Source: Cyanobacteriota bacterium (GTDB taxonomy: Bacteria > Cyanobacteriota > Cyanobacteriia > PCC-6307 > Cyanobiaceae). Taken from it: a DNA stretch of 64,000 nucleotides. The stretch's first letter is position 1. Each line of letters opens with the position of its first letter. A program made the position numbers and the translations under genes. Below the pieces are notes generated by a model, which saw only the letters and a program-made list of their open reading frames with translations, was not told where the DNA came from and ran no database searches. Location of the stretch: NCBI GenBank assembly GCA_046309395.1, contig JBKCPG010000120.1, forward strand, positions 10 through 64,009, written 5' to 3'. This document shows positions 47,711 to 57,245 of the stretch, piece after piece.

Positions 47711-49279
47711 ATGGCTTCCTCCCCATCCTCCCCAACGGAGGCTCCTCGCAACAAGATCGAGCAAGCGAAGGTTGAGCTTTGCGGTCTGGAGCTCGAACCC
47801 CGCCTTGGTGAGCTGGCGGCGGCCGGGTGGGAAACCCTTGACGAGGCCACTCTCACCATCCATTTGAAGTGGCTGGGCATTTTCTTTCGCCCGGTCACTC
47901 CCGGGCGCTTCATGGTGCGGCTGCGCCTGCCCAACGGCCTGATCCACGCCCACCAATTGGAGGTCCTTGCCGATGTGGTCGACCGTTGCGGTGACCATGG
48001 GAGCGCGGACATCACCACCCGGCAAAACCTGCAATTGCGCGGCCTGCTGCTGGAGGACATGCCGCCACTGATGAACGAACTGGAACGGGTGGGCCTCACC
48101 AGCCGCCAATCCGGCCACGACAACCCCCGCAACGTCACCGGCAACCCACTGGCGGGCCTGGACCCGGAGGAATTCGTCGACACCCGCCCCCTCGTCCAAG
48201 CGATCCAGGACGCGCTTCTCGGACCGGAGGGTCCCCGCAACCTGCCCCGCAAATTCAACGTCGCCGTGGGGGGCGCCCCCGACAGCTTTTTGCTGCACAA
48301 CGACCTGGCCTTTCTGCCGGCCTTCCATGGGGAGGAGCTGGGCTTCACCGTCATGGTGGGTGGATTCTTTTCCGGCCAGCGCAACGAATTGGCCATCCCC
48401 CTGGGTCTCTGGATGCCGGCCTCCGTCTTGCCAGGGTTCACCTTGGCTGTATTGAGGCATTACGAGCGAGCGGGGGATCGGGCTGTCCGCACCCGGACCC
48501 GGCTGATGTACCTCATTGACGCCCTGGGCCTGGACGCCTATCGGGAGGCGGTTCTGGAGAGTCACAGAGCGCTGCGGGGGGCGGAGGAGGCCGCTTTGAC
48601 GCGGCCCCACGACGGCCGCCATCTGGTCTGCCGTCCGCCCCGCGATGTGTGCGGCGTTCATGCTCAACAACAGCCGGGGTTGAGCTGGGTGGGTCTGAAT
48701 GTGCCGCTGGGCCGTCTGGACGCCGCGGCCATGGCCGACCTGGCCCACCTGGCCCGCTCCTACGGGTCGGGGGAGTTGCGGCTCACCGAGAGTCAAAACG
48801 TGGTGATCGCCCATGTGCCCGCCGAGCGGATGGAGCCTCTGCTGGCGGAGCTGGCCACCCCGGAACGGCGCCAAGCCTTCCGCCTCCATCCCGGCCCCCT
48901 GATGGCGGAGGCCGTGAGCTGCACCGGCAACCGCTACTGCTCTTTTGCCTTGATTCCCACCAAAAGCACCGCCCAAGCGGTGGTGGAGGAGCTGGAGCGG
49001 CGTCTGGATCTCCCCCACCCAGTTCGCACCCACTGGACAGGCTGCCCCAATGCCTGCGGTCAGCCCTACATGGGCCAGATCGGACTCATGGGGGCCAAGG
49101 CGCGGCTCGACGGAGCCATGGTGGAGGCGGCCAAGATCTTTTTGGGGGGCTCCATGGGAGCCGATCCCCGCCTGGCCGAACCCCACCACAAAGGCGTCCC
49201 CCTGGAGCGGCTCACGGACGCGATGGAGACCCTGCTGGTGGAGCGCTTCGGTGCCACACGCCGGACTCCTTCCGCGTGA
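47711..49279 (+). CDS. nirA: Ferredoxin-nitrite reductase
   Basis: NKIEQAK, FMVRLRLPNG, DITTRQNLQ, NLPRKFN, SCTGNRYC and HWTGCPNACGQ siroheme/4Fe-4S motifs. Confidence 0.96.
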   Translation: MASSPSSPTEAPRNKIEQAKVELCGLELEPRLGELAAAGWETLDEATLTIHLKWLGIFFRPVTPGRFMVRLRLPNGLIHAHQLEVLADVVDRCGDHGSADITTRQNLQLRGLLLEDMPPLMNELERVGLTSRQSGHDNPRNVTGNPLAGLDPEEFVDTRPLVQAIQDALLGPEGPRNLPRKFNVAVGGAPDSFLLHNDLAFLPAFHGEELGFTVMVGGFFSGQRNELAIPLGLWMPASVLPGFTLAVLRHYERAGDRAVRTRTRLMYLIDALGLDAYREAVLESHRALRGAEEAALTRPHDGRHLVCRPPRDVCGVHAQQQPGLSWVGLNVPLGRLDAAAMADLAHLARSYGSGELRLTESQNVVIAHVPAERMEPLLAELATPERRQAFRLHPGPLMAEAVSCTGNRYCSFALIPTKSTAQAVVEELERRLDLPHPVRTHWTGCPNACGQPYMGQIGLMGAKARLDGAMVEAAKIFLGGSMGADPRLAEPHHKGVPLERLTDAMETLLVERFGATRRTPSA

Positions 49280-49640
49280 GGGGCCCCCACTTCGGAGTCC
49301 ACCAGCCGCGCCGATGGGGGATCTGGCTCTGAAGATGTCTTTCGTCCACCCGACTCATCTCCTCGGAGTCGGCATGGTCGGCCACCCCATAGAGCAGGTT
49401 GATGACGCGATCAGGATCCAGCTCCAGGGCCGCGGCCTCTTGCCAGAGGGCGTGGGCTCTGGCCTCGTCAGCCCGGGCGAATTGGGCTTCGGCCAACTGG
49501 CGGGTGAGCAGGAACACCAGTTGTCGGGTCTTCAAGTCGGAAAAACTCGGTCCTGCCTGGGGGGCCTTCGGAGCGGGCCTTCGCCTCGGGGGTGTTTTCT
49601 CCACAGGTCGCCCTCCTGGAGCAAAGCGTTTGCCCCTCAC
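49212..49640 (-). CDS. Hypothetical protein, convergent with and overlapping the nirA 3' end
   Basis: Helical core KTRQLVFLLTRQL...WQEAAALELDPDRVINLLY; both termini uncertain. Confidence 0.55.
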   Translation of the reverse strand: MRGKRFAPGGRPVEKTPPRRRPAPKAPQAGPSFSDLKTRQLVFLLTRQLAEAQFARADEARAHALWQEAAALELDPDRVINLLYGVADHADSEEMSRVDERHLQSQIPHRRGWWTPKWGPLTRKESGVWHRSAPPAGSPSRP

Positions 49641-49683
49641 TTTGGGAAGGGCTTCCGTACTCCTTCCCTTTTCGCCATGAAAT

Positions 49684-49697
49684 GTATAGCTTGCTAC
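49684..49697. promoter_or_regulatory. NtcA box (perfect GTA-N8-TAC)
   Basis: TGTATAGCTTGCTACA in the divergent intergenic region upstream of the HEAT-CbiX/cobA genes. Confidence 0.75.
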
Positions 49698-49747
49698 AAA
49701 TCAAGGCCAGGAGAGGGGTGCCCGCCCGCTCTCCGCGGGAATTTGCC

Positions 49748-51067
49748 ATGGTGAGGGTTCAGCCCGTCCTCGCCGCCGTGGCTCCTCCTTCAGGCTCCCC
49801 CGCCGACGTGGTGGCCCAGCTTCCCGAGATCGGCAGCCCTGAGCGTTGGCCCTGGCTGCAACGCCTGCGTCGCCAGGCCCACCTCCCCCTGGAGCCCTGG
49901 CTGCGGGCGGTGGAAGCGGGCCAGCTCACGCCCCAGCCCGACCTGATGGCGGCCCTCGACACCCATCTCGACGGACCGGCGATGGCGCGCCTGTTGCGCT
50001 GGTGGCTCCACAGCGTGCCCCGGGATCCCTCCCTCCCCCCTCTGTTGGTGCCCCGGCGTGGCCCCGAGGGTTTGGAGGTCCTGCGCCAGGCCTGCGCCGC
50101 CAGAGCCAGAGCCACCGCCTCCGATCATGAGTGCTTGGTGGCCCTGCTGCCGCTTTTGGGCCACCAGCGGGACCCAGAGGATTTCCCCTTGGTGCGCCGC
50201 CTGGCCTTGGAGCCCGGACCGTCGCGGCTGCGCCAGGCCGCCCTCGAGGGCCTGTGCCGGGGATTGGGAGCTTGGCCTTTGCGGCCCTTGCGTCAGACCC
50301 TGGTGGGCCTGGCCGCGGATCTCCATGCCCCCCTGGCGGCGTCGGCCGTCGATGCCCTGGCCCGATTGCCGGGGGCCCGCCCCTCGCTCCGCGCTCTGGC
50401 CCGCCAGCCACTGGATCCAGCGGTCGCCGCCCGATTGGAGCGGCGTGTGCGAGGGCTACCGCCGGCCCCCCTCGTGCTGCTCAGCCATGGCCGGGCGGGG
50501 GGGGAGGTGCCGCCGGAACGCCGGGCGCGCGCCATGGAGTTGGGCGAGCGTCGGGGGGCGCCGGTGCTCCTGGAAACGCTGACGGCCGCGCCGCCCCCCC
50601 CGCCATCCCCTTCGGCCACCCCCATCACCGTGGTGCCCCTGTTCCTGCTCCCCGGCGGCCATGTGCGATCAGATGTGCCCGAGCGCCTGCGCCGTTGGCG
50701 GGCCGCGGGAGCGGTGCGGGCGCTCCCCTTCCTCGGGGCTTGGCCGGCTTGGCAGGCCAGCTTGGCGATAGAGGTGAGGCGCCTGGCGGCCCGGGGAAGC
50801 GACGCCATTCCCCTGCTTGTGCACCATCCTGTGGAAGGTCTTCTCCCCCAGCGCTATCTGGCCCACCTCTCCTCCTTCTGTGGCGCTCGCTGCCTTGCCT
50901 TTGCCTCCTCGTCCGCCTTGTCGCCAGCTCTCGCGGAGCCAGCCCTGCCCCTGGCCTTGGCCTCCAGTCGCCTCACCGACGCCCAGGGCACCTGGCTAGG
51001 TCCCCCCTTGCTCGCCCGCCCCAAGTTGCGCGCCGTGCTGCTTCAGCTTTTGGAGGACCTGCCATGA
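49748..51067 (+). CDS. HEAT-like repeat domain fused to CbiX/SirB-type sirohydrochlorin chelatase
   Basis: LRQAALEGL/LAASAVDALARL helical repeats, then LLSHGR and PLFLLPGGHVRSDVP chelatase motifs; upstream of cobA. Confidence 0.75.
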   Translation: MVRVQPVLAAVAPPSGSPADVVAQLPEIGSPERWPWLQRLRRQAHLPLEPWLRAVEAGQLTPQPDLMAALDTHLDGPAMARLLRWWLHSVPRDPSLPPLLVPRRGPEGLEVLRQACAARARATASDHECLVALLPLLGHQRDPEDFPLVRRLALEPGPSRLRQAALEGLCRGLGAWPLRPLRQTLVGLAADLHAPLAASAVDALARLPGARPSLRALARQPLDPAVAARLERRVRGLPPAPLVLLSHGRAGGEVPPERRARAMELGERRGAPVLLETLTAAPPPPPSPSATPITVVPLFLLPGGHVRSDVPERLRRWRAAGAVRALPFLGAWPAWQASLAIEVRRLAARGSDAIPLLVHHPVEGLLPQRYLAHLSSFCGARCLAFASSSALSPALAEPALPLALASSRLTDAQGTWLGPPLLARPKLRAVLLQLLEDLP

Positions 51068-51867
51068 GCCATGGCCTTGGCGACCCTCCGGCGCCCTATG
51101 GCACGGTGTTTCTGGTGGGGGCGGGCCCTGGAGACCCTGAGCTGCTCACGGTGAAGGCCCATCGCTTGTTGAGCTCCTGCGATGCCCTGGTGTACGACTC
51201 CCTCGTGCCCCAGGCTCTGCTTGATCTGGTGCCTGAGGGCTGTGAGTGCCGGTTCGTGGGGAAGCGGCGGGGCCACCATTCCGTTCCCCAACCCAACATC
51301 AACAGCGTTTTGGTGGAGCTGGCCCAGTCCCATCGGCGGGTGGTGCGGCTCAAGGGAGGGGATCCTTTCCTCTTCGGTCGGGGGGGGGAGGAGGCGGCCC
51401 ATTTGGTGGCCCGGGGGATTCCGGTGGAAGTGGTGCCAGGAGTGACGGCTGGGATCGCCGCTCCGGCCTACGCCGGTATCCCGGTCACCCACCGGCGGGC
51501 GGGCTCCAGCGTCACCTTTGTGACGGGTCACGAGGAGATCGACAAGGGCAGGCCTGGCGTGGACTGGCGCGGGCTGGCTCGCAGCAGTGATGGCTTGGTG
51601 ATTTACATGGGCTTGCACAATCTTCGCCGCATCTGCGAGGAGTTGCTCGAGGGGGGCTTGGCCCCCTCCACCCCGGCCGCGGCGATTCAGCAGGGCACTG
51701 TGCTGGGTCAACGCATCTTGTTGGCCCCCCTGGACGCTTTGGCTGAACAGGTGGAGAACGCCTCCATGGCGTCTCCCGCGATCATCGTGATCGGCGCGGT
51801 GGTGGCCCAGAGGGTCGCCGCCTGCGCTCCTCCGCCCGCGCCGGTGGTGATGCCCATTCCCCTGTGA
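51064..51867 (+). CDS. cobA: Uroporphyrinogen-III C-methyltransferase (siroheme branch)
   Basis: VFLVGAGPGDPELLT, YDSLV, VVRLKGGDPFLFGRGGEE, VPGVTA. Confidence 0.95.
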   Translation: MSHGLGDPPAPYGTVFLVGAGPGDPELLTVKAHRLLSSCDALVYDSLVPQALLDLVPEGCECRFVGKRRGHHSVPQPNINSVLVELAQSHRRVVRLKGGDPFLFGRGGEEAAHLVARGIPVEVVPGVTAGIAAPAYAGIPVTHRRAGSSVTFVTGHEEIDKGRPGVDWRGLARSSDGLVIYMGLHNLRRICEELLEGGLAPSTPAAAIQQGTVLGQRILLAPLDALAEQVENASMASPAIIVIGAVVAQRVAACAPPPAPVVMPIPL

Positions 51868-52040
51868 GCCCGCTTATCGAACTGCCCGTTCGTTTCATCG
51901 TTTTGTAACGAAGCTCACTTAACCGGTGGAGGTGGTTCGTTTCACTAGTTCATTCAGACCGCTTTCCAGCGCCCTGCCCGCTTCTGTCGCGGCCCGTTCT
52001 CCCCTTCCGCCACCGCCTGATTCCCGCCCGCCCGTCCATC

Positions 52041-52613
52041 ATGACCGCCACGCTGCCGAACCGACCACCCCGACACCAAGCTGTTCCGATGCCCGATCGC
52101 ACCGAGCAAGATCAGAGCCCCCCCAGGCCAGCGCCGATGTTTGAGCTGATCCCCTACGAGAAGTTTCGCGATACCCCTTCCGTGCGGTTTTTCGACATCA
52201 CGGTCCCCACGTCCAACGCGAGGGATTTGGTGGTGCATAGCGGGCCCGCGATCAGTCCTCCCAACGATCCAGAGACGGGTGCCTGGCAGTTTTATCTCCA
52301 TCCCCACCAGGAAGACAACTTGCTCGCCATGCATGGCGGCCGTACGTTTTACCTCGTGAATTTGGGCTGGAATTACCCCTATCACATTGTCCGGCTCGAT
52401 TGTGGCGGCGACATTCTCCGCATCCCTCCGGGCACCTTCCACCGCTCTGTGTCTGATCCAGACGGTTCCCTCGTGCTGAACCAAGCGGTGCGGGAAGAGG
52501 GCGCGAGCGTGGTGCGGGAGTTTCGTGTGTACAACAGCTCCCGCATTCCCCGTCTCTTCGCGGTTACCTCAAAAACAGCTCCACTCCCCAAGCTGCACGG
52601 ACTCAACTGGTGA
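52041..52613 (+). CDS. Conserved cyanobacterial cupin-fold protein
   Basis: FYLHPHQEDNL and LRIPPGTFHRS cupin motifs; start could be 52041, 52089 or MFELIP. Confidence 0.75.
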   Translation: MTATLPNRPPRHQAVPMPDRTEQDQSPPRPAPMFELIPYEKFRDTPSVRFFDITVPTSNARDLVVHSGPAISPPNDPETGAWQFYLHPHQEDNLLAMHGGRTFYLVNLGWNYPYHIVRLDCGGDILRIPPGTFHRSVSDPDGSLVLNQAVREEGASVVREFRVYNSSRIPRLFAVTSKTAPLPKLHGLNW

Positions 52614-54717
52614 GTCCGAGGTCTTCCAGCCGGAGATCCAGGGTGACCGCGTCGGGATGGTCGCGCCCGCCCCAGGCCTGGTCTGGGACCGGCTCACCTG
52701 GATCCCCGGGAAGCGGAGCCACCGGCAGAAAGCGATGGCCACTGTCCGAGAGCTCATAGGCCTCCACTCCCGAGGGCCCTCCCACCACCAGCCGCAAAGG
52801 CCAATGGGGAGGAATGCCTGGATGGAGGCAGGGGTAGAGCCGCTGAAGGCGATAGCGAACCGCCAGCGGGGTGGAGGGATCGGGGTCCAGCGGCAGTGTT
52901 CGTCCCCGCAGCGCGATCCAGCATTGGGCACGGAAGGCACGGTTGGCCCTCACCTCAAAGCGACGGAGGGAGCCATCCACAAACCGACTGGTGAATCCCC
53001 CCTCGCGGGGGAAGTCGCAGATGAGGGGCCAGGGTTCCAAGGATGGTCGCAACTCAAGAGTGGGAGCGTCCCCATCCGCCATCGGGGCTCCCTTCCACTC
53101 CAGCAGAGGGGGGAATCGCCAGGACCAGAGGTCTCGGAAAGGCTCAGGGTCGAGGGCGAAGTTGGCCTCGGCCAGGTCGGCCAGTACCGCTTCCAGATCG
53201 GCCCAGAGCTGGCTTGGCAACAGACAACGATCATGCAGGGCAGGCCCCCACGGGCGCAGGCGGCCGGGGCGATGGGCTGGATCGAGTAGGTAGGCCGCCA
53301 GGCTGCTCCAGAGGAGGGCGATGGCTTGCGTCCACGCCAGTTTGGGCAGACTCTCCAGAGCCCGGAACTCAATGAGGCCTAGGCAGCCCGCCGGGGTGCC
53401 GGGATTCCAAAACTTGTCAAAACTGATTTCGCTGCGGTGGTTGTTGCCGCTGCGATCCGCGTGGAGGTGGCGAAGGGTTTCACCGATCAAGGCTCGGTAG
53501 TCGCCCCACGGTTCCGTGGAGGGGTGCTCCTCCGCCCGCTCCAGCTGGCGGTAAGCCAGCTCCAAATCAAAAATGGAGCCCGCGGCCTCGTCGGGTCGGG
53601 GGGCCTGGGAGGCTGGGCCGACGCTGGAGCCGGTGAAGAGATAGCTCAGGCTGGGATGGTGCTGCCAATAGCGCAGCATTCCGGCCAGCCAGGCGGGCCG
53701 CGCAAAGAATGGATTGGCGGCCAGGCTCGGGCCGCCCCACAGAAGGTGGTTGCCCCCCCCTGTCCCCTCCTGGCCGCCATGGTCGGCTTCCTTCCAGGAG
53801 CGCAACCCCACCTGCTCAGCGGCGGTCTCGATGTGCACGAGCCACTGGGAATACTCGCTCCATCCGTCGCACACCGGCAGGTTGATCTCCAGCACGCCGG
53901 GATCCGCGGTCAGCCCCAGCACCTGCCAATGGTCGTCGCAGTCGCTGGGCAGCATCCCGCTCAGTCGGGGTTCGCTGAGTCCCTCCAGGCTGGCGGACAC
54001 CGCCTGGAGGAGCGACTCCATGGGGGCACGCAGCAGGGGGGGGAGGAACAGCTCCCACCCTCCCGGTTCCACCTCCAGGGTGAGCACCTGGCGGGGGATG
54101 TCCGGCGGGAAGTGGGCCAGGGGAAGCCGCAAACCAGCCGGCCCGGGCGCGCCACTGAGCTCCCGAAGCTCATCGGCCAGGGGCCAGGCACCGGCCTGCC
54201 AGACCCAATCCTCGGAATCCTCCGTTCCGGAAGGTTCCGAGGCGGTGAGCGGCGCGGCCCACACGTGTCGCTCGCCATCCAGGGGATCACGCAGCGGCAG
54301 GGGCCGGAGCTTCACCCCCAGGTGGACTCCCAACCGTTCCAGCCAGGCGATGGCTTGCTCGGGTCGCGGGGGTGTGAGCGACGGAGGTGCCGGCCGGCCC
54401 TCCTGAGGGGTGACGAGGGGGGAGCCATCGGTACGGACGAGCAGCCGCAGGGCCCAGCGGGGGTTCACTTCACCGGCGTAGAGCTTGCCGGGGCAATACA
54501 GCAGGGTGCCGCCTGGCCACACCGTCCGCTGAAATACCTCCGCCAGGCGTCTGGCGATGGGCAATTTGGTGGGGCCATCCGCCGTGATGGTCCATTCCGA
54601 ACCCTCAGGATTCACGGGAACCAGGGTGGGCTCACCCCCCAAGGTGAGCTGGATTCCCTCGGCGGAGAAACGCTCGCGCACCTGTTCAGCCAGGGTTTCC
54701 ATCCAGGGGGTCATCAA
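52603..54717 (-). CDS. DUF2126 putative amidoligase (lacking the N-terminal transglutaminase module)
   Basis: LTLGGEPT, LTADPGVLEINLP, GTGGGNH, HPSLSYLF, GPASQAPRPDE, GNNHRSEISFDKF, GLIEFRA. Confidence 0.85.
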   Translation of the reverse strand: MMTPWMETLAEQVRERFSAEGIQLTLGGEPTLVPVNPEGSEWTITADGPTKLPIARRLAEVFQRTVWPGGTLLYCPGKLYAGEVNPRWALRLLVRTDGSPLVTPQEGRPAPPSLTPPRPEQAIAWLERLGVHLGVKLRPLPLRDPLDGERHVWAAPLTASEPSGTEDSEDWVWQAGAWPLADELRELSGAPGPAGLRLPLAHFPPDIPRQVLTLEVEPGGWELFLPPLLRAPMESLLQAVSASLEGLSEPRLSGMLPSDCDDHWQVLGLTADPGVLEINLPVCDGWSEYSQWLVHIETAAEQVGLRSWKEADHGGQEGTGGGNHLLWGGPSLAANPFFARPAWLAGMLRYWQHHPSLSYLFTGSSVGPASQAPRPDEAAGSIFDLELAYRQLERAEEHPSTEPWGDYRALIGETLRHLHADRSGNNHRSEISFDKFWNPGTPAGCLGLIEFRALESLPKLAWTQAIALLWSSLAAYLLDPAHRPGRLRPWGPALHDRCLLPSQLWADLEAVLADLAEANFALDPEPFRDLWSWRFPPLLEWKGAPMADGDAPTLELRPSLEPWPLICDFPREGGFTSRFVDGSLRRFEVRANRAFRAQCWIALRGRTLPLDPDPSTPLAVRYRLQRLYPCLHPGIPPHWPLRLVVGGPSGVEAYELSDSGHRFLPVAPLPGDPGEPVPDQAWGGRDHPDAVTLDLRLEDLGLTS

Positions 54718-54738
54718 TTGGGCCTGACGCTCAAGGGA

Positions 54739-57180
54739 TCATCCACCAGCGGAGGGGCGGAGGTGGGGTTGACGGCTGCCGCGGGTGACGGGTACGGGCT
54801 CCACCTTCCAGATGCGCTCGGCGTAGTCACGAATGGAGCGATCGGAGGAGAAGAAGCCACAGCGGGCAGTGTTGAGAGCCGACATCTGGGTCCAGCGTTT
54901 CCGATCACGCCAGGCTTCATCCACATCGTTTTGCGCGCGGCGGTAGTCGCTGATGTCGGCCATCACGCGGAAAGGATCGCTGCCGCAGAGATTCGACAGC
55001 AGGGGATGGAAGAGTTCCCGATCCCCCTCACTGAAATGGCCTGACCCGATCAGATCAATCGCTTCTCGGGTGAGGGGCTCGTTTTCCAGCCAGGGGATGG
55101 GATGGTAGCCGCCGCGGTTGAGGGCGGCCAATTGCTCGGCCGTGTGGCCGAAAAGGAAGAAGTTGTCGCCGCCCACCCGATCGCGGATCTCAATGTTGGC
55201 GCCATCCAGGGTGCCAATGGTCAAGGCGCCATTTAGAGCCATCTTCATGTTGCCCGTGCCGGAGGCTTCCATCCCGGCGGTGGAGATCTGTTCAGAGAGA
55301 TCCACGGCGGGGTAGATGCGATGGCCCAGGCTTACGCTGAAATTCGGTAGAAACACCACCCGCAGCCGACCGTCCATGGCAGGATCAATGTTCACGATGT
55401 CGGCGATGCCCACGATCAAGCGGATGATCAACTTGGCCATGGCGTACCCTGGCGCGGCCTTGCCGCCAAACACCACCGTGCGGGGTGGCAAATCCTCACC
55501 AGCCCGCAGTCGCAGATAACGCTCCACCAGTTGGAGGGCCGCCAGGTGTTGACGCTTGTATTCGTGAATGCGTTTGACCTGCACATCAAACAGGCTGGCG
55601 GGATCGACGAGCACCCCCGTCTGTTGGCGAATGGTTTGGGCGAGACGCTCTTTGGCAAGGGCACGCACCGATTGCCAGCTCTCCAAAAAGGAGGGATCTT
55701 GCACCAGTGGTTCCAGTCGGGAGAGCTGATCCAGATCGCTTCGCCAGCCATCGCCGATGCTGGCGTCGAGCAGGGAGGCCAGGTGGGGGTTGGAGACGGC
55801 CAGCCAGCGTCGGGGCGTGACGCCATTGGTGATGTTGCAGAACCGCTCCGGCCAGATCTGGGCAAAGTCGTGAAAGAGGTGTTGTTTGAGCAACTGGCTG
55901 TGGAGCTCCGCCACCCCATTCACCTGGTGGCTCCCCACCACGGCCAAATGGGCCATGCGCACCTTGCGGTGCGGCCCCTCTTGGATGAGGGAGAGCTTCT
56001 CGAGAATCTCTGGCTTGCCGGGATAGCGCAAGCGCACCATGCGCAGAAAACGCGCGTTGATCTCGAAAATGATTTCCAGCTGTCGCGGTAACAGTTGCTG
56101 AAACAGTTCCAATCCCCAGCATTCCAGGGCTTCGGGGAGCAGGGTGTGGTTGGTGTAGCTGATGCTCTCGGTGGTGATGCCCCAGGCCGTATCCCAGTCG
56201 ACCCCATGCTGATCCATCAACAGGCGCATCAGCTCAGCCACGGCGATGGCCGGGTGGGTGTCGTTGAGCTGCACAGCGAATTTCTTGTGAAAGTCTTTGA
56301 CGCTCATGCCCTGCCCCTTGAGGATGCGGAACATGTCTTGCAGGGAACAGGAGACAAAGAAAATCTGTTGGCTCAATCGCAGCCGCTTTCCCTGCTCCAT
56401 CTCGTCGTTGGGATAGAGCACCTTGGAAAGGGTTTCCGACTGCACCTTGTGCAGTACGGCCCGGGTGTAGTCGCCCGCGTTGAACGACGCGAAGTCAAAT
56501 TCCTCCGGGGCATGGGCTGACCACAACCGCAGGGTGTTGGCGGTTCCCACCCCGTATCCCAGGATGGGGGTGTCGTAGGCGACCCCCACCACGGTTTGTC
56601 CCCCGATGACCACCGGGTAGCTCCACTCCGGTCGGATCACTTCCCAGGGATTGCCGCGCGCCAGCCAGGGATCCGTGCTTTCCACCTGCCCGGCGGGGCC
56701 GATCTGCTGGCGAAAGATGCCAAATTCATAGCGGATGCCGTAGCCGATGGCGGGTAGCTCCAGTGTGGCCATCGACTCTTGGAAGCAGGCCGCCAGTCGT
56801 CCCAGACCCCCATTCCCCAGTCCCGGTTCCGGTTCCTCGGCGATGAGCTGCTCCAGCGACAACCCCAATTCCTCGCAGGCGGCCTCGGCTTCCTTGTGAA
56901 GGCCGAGATTCACCAGATTGTTTTCCAGGTGGGGGCCGAGGAGGTACTCCGCTGAGAGATAGATCGCCGTGCGCACATGCTGATTGGTGTACGTCTCAGC
57001 GGTGTCTACCCAACTGGCGAGAAGCCGGTCGCGCACCGCCAGAGCCAGGCAGAGGTAATGGTCGTGGACGGTGGCTAGGGCAGGGGCCTTGGCCTGGCTG
57101 GAGAAGAGGTGCCGGCGCATGTCCGCCGCCAGGGGGTTGGCGGAGGGTACGGATGGGGAGAACGTCGAGGAGGAGACCAT
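54739..57180 (-). CDS. glgP: Glycogen/starch phosphorylase
   Basis: GLGNGGLGRLAACF, QLNDTHP, YTNHTLLPEALE, NGVTPRRW, QVKRIHEYKRQ, PLP-lysine EASGTGNMK. Confidence 0.97.
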   Translation of the reverse strand: MVSSSTFSPSVPSANPLAADMRRHLFSSQAKAPALATVHDHYLCLALAVRDRLLASWVDTAETYTNQHVRTAIYLSAEYLLGPHLENNLVNLGLHKEAEAACEELGLSLEQLIAEEPEPGLGNGGLGRLAACFQESMATLELPAIGYGIRYEFGIFRQQIGPAGQVESTDPWLARGNPWEVIRPEWSYPVVIGGQTVVGVAYDTPILGYGVGTANTLRLWSAHAPEEFDFASFNAGDYTRAVLHKVQSETLSKVLYPNDEMEQGKRLRLSQQIFFVSCSLQDMFRILKGQGMSVKDFHKKFAVQLNDTHPAIAVAELMRLLMDQHGVDWDTAWGITTESISYTNHTLLPEALECWGLELFQQLLPRQLEIIFEINARFLRMVRLRYPGKPEILEKLSLIQEGPHRKVRMAHLAVVGSHQVNGVAELHSQLLKQHLFHDFAQIWPERFCNITNGVTPRRWLAVSNPHLASLLDASIGDGWRSDLDQLSRLEPLVQDPSFLESWQSVRALAKERLAQTIRQQTGVLVDPASLFDVQVKRIHEYKRQHLAALQLVERYLRLRAGEDLPPRTVVFGGKAAPGYAMAKLIIRLIVGIADIVNIDPAMDGRLRVVFLPNFSVSLGHRIYPAVDLSEQISTAGMEASGTGNMKMALNGALTIGTLDGANIEIRDRVGGDNFFLFGHTAEQLAALNRGGYHPIPWLENEPLTREAIDLIGSGHFSEGDRELFHPLLSNLCGSDPFRVMADISDYRRAQNDVDEAWRDRKRWTQMSALNTARCGFFSSDRSIRDYAERIWKVEPVPVTRGSRQPHLRPSAGG

Positions 57181-57245
57181 GTGCCGGGCGGACCCAAATC
57201 TGCCACTGTCATGGCGGAGCGTGTCGACCGTCGCTGAAACATTGG

